51,138 nt of DNA from Ruminococcus sp. (GCA_030525665.1 JAUNEH010000004.1:1-51138); one strand, 5' to 3'. Shown: positions 9,065 to 17,905, numbered from the stretch's first letter. Translations and numbers: made by a program. Notes: generated by a model from the sequence alone, not told the origin.

Positions 9065-9093
9065 TTGCAAATATATTTACCTTATGCTATAAT
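9065..9093 (+). promoter_or_regulatory. tRNA promoter
   Basis: TTGCAA, 17 bp, TATAAT with an extended -10 TG. Confidence 0.75.
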
Positions 9094-9109
9094 CAACTTC
9101 GGTCAAAAT

Positions 9110-9186
9110 GTGGGTGTAGCTCAGCTGGTTAGAGTACTTGCTTGACATGCAAGGGGTCGATGGTTCGAGTCCATTCATCCACACCA
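9110..9186 (+). tRNA. tRNA-Val(GAC)
   Basis: Cloverleaf: acceptor GTGGGTG/CATCCAC, D arm GCTC/GAGT, anticodon arm CTTGC-TTGACAT-GCAAG, T loop TTCGAGT, encoded CCA. Confidence 0.96.
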
Positions 9187-9189
9187 AAC

Positions 9190-9231
9190 AAAAGAGGCGA
9201 GCTGTTGCGGTCAGCTCGCCTCTTTTGTTTT
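9190..9231 (+). terminator. Terminator after the tRNA
   Basis: aaaagaggcgagctg-ttgcggt-cagctcgcctctttt followed by gtttt. Confidence 0.85.
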
Positions 9232-9411
9232 ATTAAATGAGGGGTATTTCACAGAATTTATTCTGTGACAGAGGAGGGGTAGAACATGAACCCTACCTTT
9301 CGGGTTCGGTTATATTATATATTATCCTTTCTATAAAATTGTTAACTTGCTGTTAACCCAAGCTGAACATTTCCTGTTTTATTTGTGAATAAAAATTTTT
9401 TGGAAAAATTA

Positions 9412-9450
9412 AAACAAATGTTTGCATTTTTCTGTATGGTGTGTTAGTAT
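9412..9450 (+). promoter_or_regulatory. lexA promoter with an overlapping SOS (Cheo)-box-like site
   Basis: AAAC-aaat-GTTT (9412-9423), a variant of GAAC-N4-GTTC, overlaps the -35 TTGCAT. A TG-extended -10 TAGTAT lies 17 bp downstream. Confidence 0.6.
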
Positions 9451-9475
9451 ATAAATAAGAAAGCGAGGTTTTAGT

Positions 9476-10066
9476 ATGAAGCCGTTAACAAAAAGCCAGC
9501 AAAAGGTTTATGATTATATACGCGAATGTGCTCAGGAGTCACGAGTTCCCTCAGTGCGTGAGATTTGTGCCGTTACAGGTCTTAAGTCTACGTCTACAGT
9601 TCATTTGCACCTTAAAACTTTAGAGGAAAAGGGTCTTATTGAGCGTGACAAGGGGCTTAACCGCTGTATACGTCTTTCGGGCTCTGAGAAAAGTGCTCAG
9701 ATTCCCATTATGGGCCGCGTTACTGCAGGTATGCCTATTTTAGCGGTTGAGGATATTGAAGGCTACGTGCCTGTAAGCGAAAGTGTCCGCAGAGGAAGGG
9801 AGCTTTTTGCCCTTCGTGTTTGCGGTGAAAGTATGATTAACGCAGGTATTCTTGACGGCGATATTGCCGTAGTGCATCGTACTCCTGTGGCTGAAAACGG
9901 TGACATTGTTGTTGCTCTTATTGAAGACGAAGCTACAGTTAAAAGATTTTATAAGGAAAACGGTCACTTCCGCCTTCAGCCTGAAAATGATGCATATGAG
10001 CCTATTATTGTTGACGAAGTAGTGCTCTTAGGCAAGCTTGTGGCAATTTACCGTAATTTTGAATGA
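9476..10066 (+). CDS. lexA: SOS transcriptional repressor LexA
   Basis: PSVREI..GLKSTSTVH winged helix, GRVTAGMP Ala-Gly cleavage site, GESM serine and TVKR lysine. Confidence 0.96.
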   Translation: MKPLTKSQQKVYDYIRECAQESRVPSVREICAVTGLKSTSTVHLHLKTLEEKGLIERDKGLNRCIRLSGSEKSAQIPIMGRVTAGMPILAVEDIEGYVPVSESVRRGRELFALRVCGESMINAGILDGDIAVVHRTPVAENGDIVVALIEDEATVKRFYKENGHFRLQPENDAYEPIIVDEVVLLGKLVAIYRNFE

Positions 10067-10074
10067 TGTTTTTT

Positions 10075-10103
10075 AGCCTTTCTTTATGAGAAAGGCTTTT
10101 TTT
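10075..10103 (+). terminator. Rho-independent terminator
   Basis: agcctttct-ttatg-agaaaggct followed by a T tract. Confidence 0.8.
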
Positions 10104-10163
10104 CTTGTATATGGAAAAATACTGTGATATTATATAATTATATTCATATAAGGAGTGAATAAC

Positions 10164-12953
10164 GTGAAACGATTTACAAAATCTCTATCTCTTCTGCTGA
10201 CGGTTTTAATTATGCTCAGCAGTATAATGGTACTGTCATCCGTTAATATTTTTGCGGCAAGCGGTACTATTTCTTACAGCTTTACAAGTACTGCCGCGGG
10301 CTTTGCTCAGGGCACAGTTACTCTTAAGGCTGATAACGGTACTTATTGGCTTTACTGGGCTGATGACACTAAGGCACTTGCCGATTACAGTGAGATAACA
10401 AGCCTTACCGTTTCAGCGGGGCAAGGCACTTTTGCTATGCCTAAGTATACAGCAATTCCTGCTGATGCAACTAAGATGATTGCTATACAATCATCTTCCG
10501 AGCCTGCTGAGGCAAATCGTACAGTTGCAAAGGCAAGTGCGGTTTACTCTGTTCCTTCAAGCAAACAGCTTGACGTAGACACCAAGGATGCACTTTATAC
10601 CTTCGGTGCCATAAGCGACCCTCAGCTTGCTAACGACAGCTACGGTTCGGGTTCTTACCCTTATGACGAAGAGCATTTTGCCGCCGCACTTGAGACCTTA
10701 GCCGAGAGAGGCGTTAACTTTACGGTTTCCTCGGGCGACACAGTAAACGATCAGAACGGAAGCCAGACCTACGCCGCAGAATTTAAACGTTATCAGAAGA
10801 TTTTGGCTGACTCTTCTTATGCCAATCCTATTTACGAGGCTAACGGCAACCATGATGTCGGTACTGTTTGGGATAAAAACGGCAACTACTATAACGACAA
10901 CACTCCCTTTGTTAAGGGTACAGGACTTGACAGTGTTAAGTCTACAATTACTGCCGGCAAGCCTTATTTTGAAATTACCGAGCCTACTACAGGTGACCAT
11001 TTCATATTTATGGCACTTGAGGGTGGCTTTTATACCAATAAAGGCACTCAGTTCTCCACAGCTCAGCTTAACTGGCTGGAGGGACTTTTAAAGAAGTACA
11101 AAGACGACGGCAAAAACATATTTATTATCGAGCATGCCAATATTGCAGGTTGGGGCAGTGGTGATAAGCTGACAACACCCTACTACTACGACCTTGGCCT
11201 TGTTAAGACAAACTCTGATGTAGCACGCTTTATTAAGCTTATGGAAACCTACAAGGATGCTGTGATTATTACAGGCCATACACATTTAGAGCTTTCTGCT
11301 CAGTACAATTATTCTGACAACAACGGCACCTCTGCCGTTATGATTCACAACTCTGCCATTGGCGGTGTCAGAAGACTTGTTAACGGTTCTGTTGACAGAG
11401 CTGCGGTAAAGGGCCTTTCTGAAGGCTATATAGTTGAGGTTTATGAGGATTGTGTGCTTTTTAACGGCACAAATCTTTACTACAATGAAAGCATGCCTCA
11501 GTGCTGTTACATAGTTCCTATGACAACAAGCGAAAGAGAAGAGGGCGAGACAACTCCTACTACTCCTGTAAGTGATAATGTTACTATTACGCTTAAGGAT
11601 GAAACAGGCGAGGGTTGGATGGCAAATAACGCTTCTGAGCGTGAAATCCAGCTTATTGATAACGCTACAAACACAAAGTACGTTATGACTTCCTATGACG
11701 GCTATAAGACATGGTCGGTAGAGGTACCCCGAGAGGTTACTGATATTACCTTCAAGCGTGTGAGAATGTCTGATAATGTTGTCAGAAATCAGTGGGATGC
11801 AGGTGAGCGTAACGGCTCTTTGTGCTACTGTGTTCTTGATGATGCAGGCGGTGGTACGACTGAGGGCAATGGCTATTGGGATATGTCGTTAAGAGAGCCA
11901 ACTAAGCCTGTGGCAACAGAGCCCGAAGAGACTACTGCAGCAACAAAGCCCGTGACAGAGCCGACTGCAGTTAAAACCGAGCCTACAGTCGAGACGGAAC
12001 CAACAGAGCTGACCAAGCCTGAAACCGAGCCTGTCTCAACATCGTTAACTACAGCACCTACATCTAACACTACAATCCCGTCTTTAACTACAGCACCTAA
12101 GGCTTCGTCAACAGCTACCGAGCCATCTGAATCGACGGGTATTACACCTTCTGCTACAGGGTCTATGGCAACTGTTCCGTCTGAAACAGGTGCTATATCA
12201 AGCAACACTACCGAAAGTGTACCGGATGACATTCCTTTTTACGGTGACTCAGACCTTAACGGCAAGGTTAACATTAAGGATGCTACAACCGTACAGAAGT
12301 ACGCCGCAAAGCTGGCTGAGCTTGACGGTATTGCATTTACTCAGGCAGATGTAACGGGTGATGCTAAGGTTAATGTTAAGGATGCAACCTCGATTCAGAA
12401 GTTCGTGGCAAAGATTATTGACGCCTTCCCCGTGGAGGAAGCGGCACTTGTAAGCGTCGGTGCAATTGACCCCTCTACCTTCGGTTCCTTTGAAAAGGAT
12501 TTGGAGGACTACTACACCTACAGCTCTTACGACCAGTATATGGCACTTAAGAAGGCGTGCATGAAGTACAAGAACGTTACCTACACCGATGCAATCCGTA
12601 ACGAGCTTTATACCCTTAGAGAGGCTTTATACGATATTGCCGGTGAAAAGCCTGTCGAGGGCGGCGAAATTACAGTTTTCTTTGACAATACAAAGAACTG
12701 GAGTACAGTTAACATTTACGCATGGGGTACAGGTGACAAAAATGCCAGCTGGCCGGGTGTTGCTATGACAAAACAGAGCGACGGTACATATAGCTATACA
12801 TTCAGCTATGACGATTTTCAGAATATTATTTTCAATAACGGCACAGAGCAGACTGTAGATATTGCTCATCCGGGAAATAACTATCTTAAATATTATATAA
12901 CCGGTGGCCCGAGCAACAAATATACAGTGGGTTACGATTCCCCCATTGCATAA
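10164..12953 (+). CDS. Secreted metallophosphoesterase with a dockerin and a C-terminal CBM26-like starch-binding module (paralogue 1)
   Basis: Signal peptide; calcineurin-like motifs SDPQ, SGD, GNHD, EH, GHTH; Pro/Thr linker; duplicated dockerin loops GDSDLNGKVNIKDAT and ADVTGDAKVNVKDAT (about 12240-12440); C-terminal WSTVNIYAWG..WPGVAM..IIFNNG.EQTVD. Start set to GTG 10164 from AAGGAG spacing. Confidence 0.88.
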   Translation: MKRFTKSLSLLLTVLIMLSSIMVLSSVNIFAASGTISYSFTSTAAGFAQGTVTLKADNGTYWLYWADDTKALADYSEITSLTVSAGQGTFAMPKYTAIPADATKMIAIQSSSEPAEANRTVAKASAVYSVPSSKQLDVDTKDALYTFGAISDPQLANDSYGSGSYPYDEEHFAAALETLAERGVNFTVSSGDTVNDQNGSQTYAAEFKRYQKILADSSYANPIYEANGNHDVGTVWDKNGNYYNDNTPFVKGTGLDSVKSTITAGKPYFEITEPTTGDHFIFMALEGGFYTNKGTQFSTAQLNWLEGLLKKYKDDGKNIFIIEHANIAGWGSGDKLTTPYYYDLGLVKTNSDVARFIKLMETYKDAVIITGHTHLELSAQYNYSDNNGTSAVMIHNSAIGGVRRLVNGSVDRAAVKGLSEGYIVEVYEDCVLFNGTNLYYNESMPQCCYIVPMTTSEREEGETTPTTPVSDNVTITLKDETGEGWMANNASEREIQLIDNATNTKYVMTSYDGYKTWSVEVPREVTDITFKRVRMSDNVVRNQWDAGERNGSLCYCVLDDAGGGTTEGNGYWDMSLREPTKPVATEPEETTAATKPVTEPTAVKTEPTVETEPTELTKPETEPVSTSLTTAPTSNTTIPSLTTAPKASSTATEPSESTGITPSATGSMATVPSETGAISSNTTESVPDDIPFYGDSDLNGKVNIKDATTVQKYAAKLAELDGIAFTQADVTGDAKVNVKDATSIQKFVAKIIDAFPVEEAALVSVGAIDPSTFGSFEKDLEDYYTYSSYDQYMALKKACMKYKNVTYTDAIRNELYTLREALYDIAGEKPVEGGEITVFFDNTKNWSTVNIYAWGTGDKNASWPGVAMTKQSDGTYSYTFSYDDFQNIIFNNGTEQTVDIAHPGNNYLKYYITGGPSNKYTVGYDSPIA

Positions 12954-12970
12954 TTTAAGATTTCAAGTCA

Positions 12971-13007
12971 AAAACCTTCCCTTGATTTTCCAAGGGAAGG
13001 TTTTTTT
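12971..13007 (+). terminator. Rho-independent terminator
   Basis: aaaaccttcccttg-attttc-caagggaaggtttt followed by a T tract. Confidence 0.85.
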
Positions 13008-13174
13008 GTAAATTTTCTTTCCTGATGTTGACAAATCTTATATTACAAATAGTAATTAAAAAATGAAATATTTTCTTAAAAGGAAACAATCTTTTAAACT
13101 GCATTTTTAATTCAAAAAAGGAATTATTGAGAAAATTTAGTAAAAATCGGGGGTTAAGCTATGAGTTCTTCAAC

Positions 13175-13208
13175 TTTTCCACAGAGTTTTCCACATAAAT
13201 GTTGATAA
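13175..13208. promoter_or_regulatory. Small cluster of DnaA-box-like sites
   Basis: TTTTCCACA at 13175 and 13187 (perfect TTWTNCACA). TGTTGATAA at 13200 is an inverted box with one mismatch. Confidence 0.55.
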
Positions 13209-13340
13209 AAACGAATAATACAATTTGTATAATTCTTTTGACAAAAAATCTTAAATTTCCCCATGGAATAATAAACCTGTTTTCAAGACGAATTTATATG
13301 CTGAAATCTTAATATTTATCCCTCGGCTTTTAAAAGAACA

Positions 13341-13377
13341 CAAAAAATAACTACCCGAGCCTTTGCTCGGGTAGCTG
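13341..13377 (-). terminator. Terminator of the mntP-tetR unit
   Basis: ctacccgagc-cttt-gctcgggtag with an A run on the left (U tract on the minus strand). Confidence 0.75.
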
Positions 13378-13378
13378 T

Positions 13379-13924
13379 TTAGTATCCTTCAATTGTTCTT
13401 ACGATGCTCTGGCGAATGTCGGCGATTGAGTTTTCGTCCTGAGAAAGCTCGCCGCTTTCGAGCATAACAGCACCGCCGTAAATAAGCGAGCGAATCAGTA
13501 GCTCGCGGCGTTTGGTTTCCCGGGGGCTTATGTGGGGCAGACACTCTGAAAGCAAAGTCGCTACGGTGTCTTTTAATGGCAGAGTGTCCTCGGAAATGGT
13601 CATAATTGCTCTGAAGTGGGGATTTGCAAGGCAGAAGCGTATGTAAGAAATGCCGCTTTCCACAAGCCTTTTTTTGGGGTCGTCTTTATAAATTTCCCCA
13701 ACTTGCTCTAAAAGAAGCTGTAGTTGTGTATTGATATAGTCGAAAATCGCATCTATAAGCTGTTCTTTGCCCTCAAAATGCTTGTAGGGTGCGGCACAGG
13801 AAAGGTTGCAGGCACTTGCCACACGCCTTAATGAAAAGTCGGCTATGCCGTGGTTTTCAAGCTCTTCTATGCCTGCTATTATAAGCTGTTCTCTTACAGA
13901 AACGGTTCCAAGCTCGCTGTTCAT
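13379..13924 (-). CDS. TetR/AcrR family transcriptional regulator
   Basis: N-terminal HTH: GIADFSLRRVASACNLSCAAPYKHF..KEQL. Confidence 0.9.
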   Translation of the reverse strand: MNSELGTVSVREQLIIAGIEELENHGIADFSLRRVASACNLSCAAPYKHFEGKEQLIDAIFDYINTQLQLLLEQVGEIYKDDPKKRLVESGISYIRFCLANPHFRAIMTISEDTLPLKDTVATLLSECLPHISPRETKRRELLIRSLIYGGAVMLESGELSQDENSIADIRQSIVRTIEGY

Positions 13925-13937
13925 TGTGTTGCTCCAA

Positions 13938-14522
13938 TCAAATTAAACTTGTTATAAAAATTTCTATACCGATAAAAATAAGAATACATCCGCCTAAAAC
14001 CGAGGCCTTGCCTGCAAGCTTTGTGCCGAACTTCCTGCCAAGCAAAATACCGCCCATACATATTACAAAGGTAACGGCGGCGATTATAAGCGAGCAGAGA
14101 AAAGCTCCCGTGGTGGTGTGCCCCGAAATAGTAAAGCCTACAGAAAGAGCATCGATAGAGGTTGCAATACCCTGCAGTATCAACGCTCCAAAGCCGACCG
14201 CTGTGTGAGGAGCATCCTCGTCTTTGTTTTTAATTCCCTCTATTAGCATTTTTACTCCGATAAAGCCTAAAAGTCCCAAGGCAATCCAAGGGATAAACCT
14301 TTCGAATATGCTGAAAAAGCTCGCGACCATATGTACGCAGAAAAAGCCTGCCATAGGCATTAAAAACTGAAAAAACGCAAATATACCTGCAATAAAGCAT
14401 TGACGGCTGAGTTTCATTTTCGGCTCGTTAAGTCCGTTTGCTAAAGATACCGAAAAAGCATCCATGGCAAGTCCTGTGCCTAAAAGAATGCTGTTGAAGA
14501 AAAACATAAAGTCAAATACCAT
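13938..14522 (-). CDS. mntP: Manganese efflux pump MntP family protein
   Basis: GLAMDAFSVS and ATSIDALSVG repeats, hydrophobic helices. GGAGG RBS precedes the ATG at 14522. Confidence 0.88.
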   Translation of the reverse strand: MVFDFMFFFNSILLGTGLAMDAFSVSLANGLNEPKMKLSRQCFIAGIFAFFQFLMPMAGFFCVHMVASFFSIFERFIPWIALGLLGFIGVKMLIEGIKNKDEDAPHTAVGFGALILQGIATSIDALSVGFTISGHTTTGAFLCSLIIAAVTFVICMGGILLGRKFGTKLAGKASVLGGCILIFIGIEIFITSLI

Positions 14523-14599
14523 AGTATCCTCCAATATACAGTCTCGTAAATTATATAATACCTCTGTTTTAATTTATATGTCAAGAGAATATGTTTTTC

Positions 14600-14663
14600 T
14601 TGACATTTTTAATATTAGTAGTATAATAAGAGACATATTCTGTAGGTTAACAGTGTTAACCTA
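14600..14663 (+). promoter_or_regulatory. aro operon promoter with a downstream palindromic operator
   Basis: TTGACA (14600), TATAAT (14622), then the perfect palindrome TAGGTTAACA-G-TGTTAACCTA (14643-14663). Confidence 0.7.
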
Positions 14664-14695
14664 ACTTAAAATCCTTAGACAAAGGAGCAGTTTAT

Positions 14696-15793
14696 ATGGA
14701 TATGCTGGATTCAGCCCGTAAAGCTATAAATGAAATCGATAAGGAAATGGCAGAGCTTTTTGTTAAGCGTATGCAAGCGTCGGCCCAGGTCGGTCAGTAT
14801 AAATTAAGTCATGGCTTACCTGTATATGATGCCGAAAGAGAGGCAGAGGTTATCCGCCGAAACTCTACTCGGGTCGAAGACGAGGCTTTGCGTGCTTATT
14901 ACGTGAATTTTTTGCAGACCTGTATGGATTTGTCCAAAAGTTACCAAAGTCAGATTCAAAACGGTTTAAGAGTAGCCTACAGCGGGGTCGAGGGTGCTTT
15001 TGCCTTTATTGCGGCAAAGCGGATTTTCCCAAGTGGCAACCTTTGCTCGTTCGGTGACTTCAAAAGTGCCTACAACGCAGTTGTAAACGGTGAATGCGAC
15101 TGTTGTGTGCTTCCTATTGAGAACAGCTACGCTGGCGAGGTTTCGCAGGTTATTGACCTTATGTTTAAGGGAACCCTTTACATAAACGGCGTTTACGATT
15201 TGGAAATTACCCAGAATTTAATCGGGCTTGAGGGTGCATCAAGAAGCGATATTAAAACTGTAGTAAGCCATCCTCAGGCTCTTATGCAGTGTGCTGAGTA
15301 CATAAAAAAGAGAGGCTTAAAAACTGTTGAAGCCAACAATACGGCCCTTGCCGCTAAGTACGTAGCGGATTTGGGCGATAAAACCGTTGCTGCTATAGCA
15401 AGCGAAGACACGGCAGCTCTTTATGGTCTTGAAATGCTTGAAAAGAGTATAAACGAAAACTCTAATAATACAACCCGATTTGCGGTGTTCTCTCGCGTTG
15501 AGAAAAAGAGCAAGGTTGACGACAGCAGTATGCAGTCGATTCTTGTGTTTACCGTTAAGAACGAGGCAGGTGCTCTTGCGAAGGCGGTTACTATTATCGG
15601 TAACAGCGGCTTTAACATGAGGACTCTTCGCAGTCGTTCTATGAAAAAGCTTTTGTGGCAGTATTACTTCTATGTAGAGGTGGACGGCAACGCCCATAGT
15701 GAGAAGGGACAGGAAATGCTCAAGGCACTGTCAAGCTGCTGTGACAGGCTTAGAATTGTGGGAACCTTTGCCCACGAAACAGATTTAAAGTGA
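14696..15793 (+). CDS. pheA: Bifunctional chorismate mutase / prephenate dehydratase
   Basis: N-terminal AroQ-type CM (INEID.EMAELFVKRM), LPIENSYAG, SHPQALMQC, NTTRF and an ACT domain. Confidence 0.93.
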   Translation: MDMLDSARKAINEIDKEMAELFVKRMQASAQVGQYKLSHGLPVYDAEREAEVIRRNSTRVEDEALRAYYVNFLQTCMDLSKSYQSQIQNGLRVAYSGVEGAFAFIAAKRIFPSGNLCSFGDFKSAYNAVVNGECDCCVLPIENSYAGEVSQVIDLMFKGTLYINGVYDLEITQNLIGLEGASRSDIKTVVSHPQALMQCAEYIKKRGLKTVEANNTALAAKYVADLGDKTVAAIASEDTAALYGLEMLEKSINENSNNTTRFAVFSRVEKKSKVDDSSMQSILVFTVKNEAGALAKAVTIIGNSGFNMRTLRSRSMKKLLWQYYFYVEVDGNAHSEKGQEMLKALSSCCDRLRIVGTFAHETDLK

Positions 15794-16812
15794 GTGATAC
15801 TATGATTATCAACGTCGATTTAAAGCATACAGATTACAATATATATATAGAAAGAGGTAACATTTTAAAAGCAGGCGAACTTCTTAATCTTAACCGCAAG
15901 GTGCTTATTGTTACCGACCAAGGCGTTCCTAAAGAGTACTCCCAAAAGGTAGCTTCACAATGCAAAGAGGGCGTTATTGTAACCGTCAATGAGGGCGAAG
16001 AAAGCAAGAGCATAGCCGTTTTTGAGGAGCTTCTTAAGAAAATGCTTGAGGCAGGCTTTACCCGCAAGGATGCGGTAGTTGCCGTAGGCGGCGGAGTTTG
16101 CGGAGATTTGGCAGGATTTGTGGCGGCATCCTTTATGCGTGGCGTGGATTTTTACAACATTCCCACAACAGTGCTTTCTCAGGTGGATTCATCAATAGGC
16201 GGCAAGGTGGCAGTAAATTTAGGTGGCATTAAAAATATAGTCGGTGCCTTCTATCAGCCTAAGGCGGTATTAATTGACCCCGAAACCTTAAAAACCTTGC
16301 CGGAGCGTCAGATTTCTGCAGGACTTGCCGAAGCGGTGAAAATGGCACTTACCTTTGACAAAGAACTTTTCGAAAAAATTGAGCAAAGCAAAAATCCTAT
16401 GGAAATGATTGATGAAATTATATTAGGTTCGTTGCTTATTAAAAAGCGAGTAGTCGAAGAAGACGAAAAGGAATCGGGCCTTCGTAAGGTTTTAAACTTT
16501 GGTCATACGGTAGGCCACGCGATTGAAAGTGTTGCCGAAGGAGACCTTTACCATGGCGAGTGCGTGGCGTTGGGTATGCTTGCGGTTTGTGAGGGCGATG
16601 TCAAAGAAAGAGTGATAAAGGTGCTTAATAGCCTTAAGCTTCCTACAGACTTTAAGGCATCAAAAAATGCCTTGCTTGAAGCCGCTTCTCACGACAAAAA
16701 AGCAGGTGCCGATACAGTAACGGTTATTACTACCGACACAGTTGGTATATTTAAAATGCAGGAAGAAAGCATAGACGAGCTTTCGAATAGAATGGAGCAG
16801 TTTTTCTTATGA
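15790..16812 (+). CDS. aroB: 3-dehydroquinate synthase
   Basis: GGGVCGDLAGF, PTTVLSQVDSSIGGK, LNFGHTVGHAIE, HGECVA. Confidence 0.95.
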   Translation: MSDTMIINVDLKHTDYNIYIERGNILKAGELLNLNRKVLIVTDQGVPKEYSQKVASQCKEGVIVTVNEGEESKSIAVFEELLKKMLEAGFTRKDAVVAVGGGVCGDLAGFVAASFMRGVDFYNIPTTVLSQVDSSIGGKVAVNLGGIKNIVGAFYQPKAVLIDPETLKTLPERQISAGLAEAVKMALTFDKELFEKIEQSKNPMEMIDEIILGSLLIKKRVVEEDEKESGLRKVLNFGHTVGHAIESVAEGDLYHGECVALGMLAVCEGDVKERVIKVLNSLKLPTDFKASKNALLEAASHDKKAGADTVTVITTDTVGIFKMQEESIDELSNRMEQFFL

Positions 16813-17903
16813 AATCATCCTTCGGACAAAGTGTAAATATAAGCATTACAGGCGAAAGCCATGGCGAGGCTTTGGTGGCGGTGCTCTCAGGACTTACACC
16901 GGGCGTCAGAATAGACGAGGAATACATACGTCAATGTCTTGCTCAGCGCGCTCCTGTGGGTAAAATTTCTACCCCAAGACAGGAGGCTGACGAGTTCGAG
17001 ATTTTAAGCGGGGTTTTTGGGGGCTTTACCACAGGTACTCCCATAACAATATTAATTAGAAACACAAACACAAAAAGTAAGGATTATTCTGAGATGCAGT
17101 CGACTGCACGTCCGGGGCACGCAGATTTTACTGCCGAGGTAAAGTATCATGGATTTCAAGACTTTCGCGGCGGCGGACATTTCAGTGGCAGAATTACTGC
17201 AGTTTTGGTTGCCGCTGGTGCAATTGCACGTCTTGCCCTTAAAAATAAGGGTATTGAAATCGGCACCCACATCGCAAAGTGCGGCTCGGTTTCTGACAGA
17301 AGCTTTGTAAACGTAAATGAAGATATAAAGACCCTTAACACCAAGGCTTTTGCTGTGCTTTCACAAGAAAACGGCGAAAAAATGCAGGCTGAAATTTTAA
17401 AAGCAAGCGAAGAAGGCGACAGTGTAGGCGGAATTCTTGAAACCGCTGTGGCAGGTCTTCCTGCAGGTATTGGCGAGCCTTGGTTTGACAGCATGGAAAG
17501 CGTGCTTTCGCATATGCTTTTCTCAATTCCCGGCGTTAAGGGTGTTGAGTTTGGCGAGGGTTTTGCTGTTGCCGATATGAAGGGCAGCGAGGTTAACGGA
17601 TCCTTAAGAGTAAACAACGGCAAAATCTGCCCTGTAGACGATTTAAGCGGCGGTATCAACGGCGGTATTACAAACGGCGATATCCTTAGATTTAAGTGTG
17701 CTGTACGTCCTACTCCCACTATTTTTAAAGAGCAGGCTACAGTTGATATGAAAAATTTTGAGAACAAAACCCTTTCGGCAAAGGGCAGACACGACCCTGC
17801 GATTGTGCACAGGGTTCGTGCTGTGGCAGACGCCGCTACTGCTTTAGTGCTCTGCGATATGCTTGCTCAGCGATACGGCACCGATTGGGCAAAGGAGGAT
17901 TAA
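16809..17903 (+). CDS. aroC: Chorismate synthase
   Basis: GESHG, RPGHAD, RGGGHFSGRIT, GGINGGITNG, GRHDPAI. Confidence 0.95.
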   Translation: MKSSFGQSVNISITGESHGEALVAVLSGLTPGVRIDEEYIRQCLAQRAPVGKISTPRQEADEFEILSGVFGGFTTGTPITILIRNTNTKSKDYSEMQSTARPGHADFTAEVKYHGFQDFRGGGHFSGRITAVLVAAGAIARLALKNKGIEIGTHIAKCGSVSDRSFVNVNEDIKTLNTKAFAVLSQENGEKMQAEILKASEEGDSVGGILETAVAGLPAGIGEPWFDSMESVLSHMLFSIPGVKGVEFGEGFAVADMKGSEVNGSLRVNNGKICPVDDLSGGINGGITNGDILRFKCAVRPTPTIFKEQATVDMKNFENKTLSAKGRHDPAIVHRVRAVADAATALVLCDMLAQRYGTDWAKED

Positions 17904-17905
17904 AA

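Noticed and set aside
9249-9308. Palindrome tcacagaat-ttt-attctgtga and hairpin gaaccc..gggttc between the tRNA and lexA
   Set aside because: Could be an operator or repeat remnant, but there is no second copy or recognisable consensus to support a call.
9110-9480. tRNA-anchored integrative element or prophage with a phage-type repressor
   Set aside because: No integrase and no duplicated tRNA 3' end. The downstream gene is a canonical LexA with an SOS-box-like site.
11873-12232. Antisense ORF and repeat-like DNA in the Pro/Thr linker
   Set aside because: A by-product of low-complexity linker codons. The same applies to 1-90 and 50020-50610.
13010-13340. Replication origin (oriC)
   Set aside because: Only 2-3 DnaA boxes and none of the usual oriC-flanking genes (dnaA, dnaN, rpmH, gidA).
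14535-14600. yybP-ykoY manganese riboswitch upstream of mntP
   Set aside because: The interval is short, AT-rich and occupied by divergent promoter elements. No structured leader is visible.
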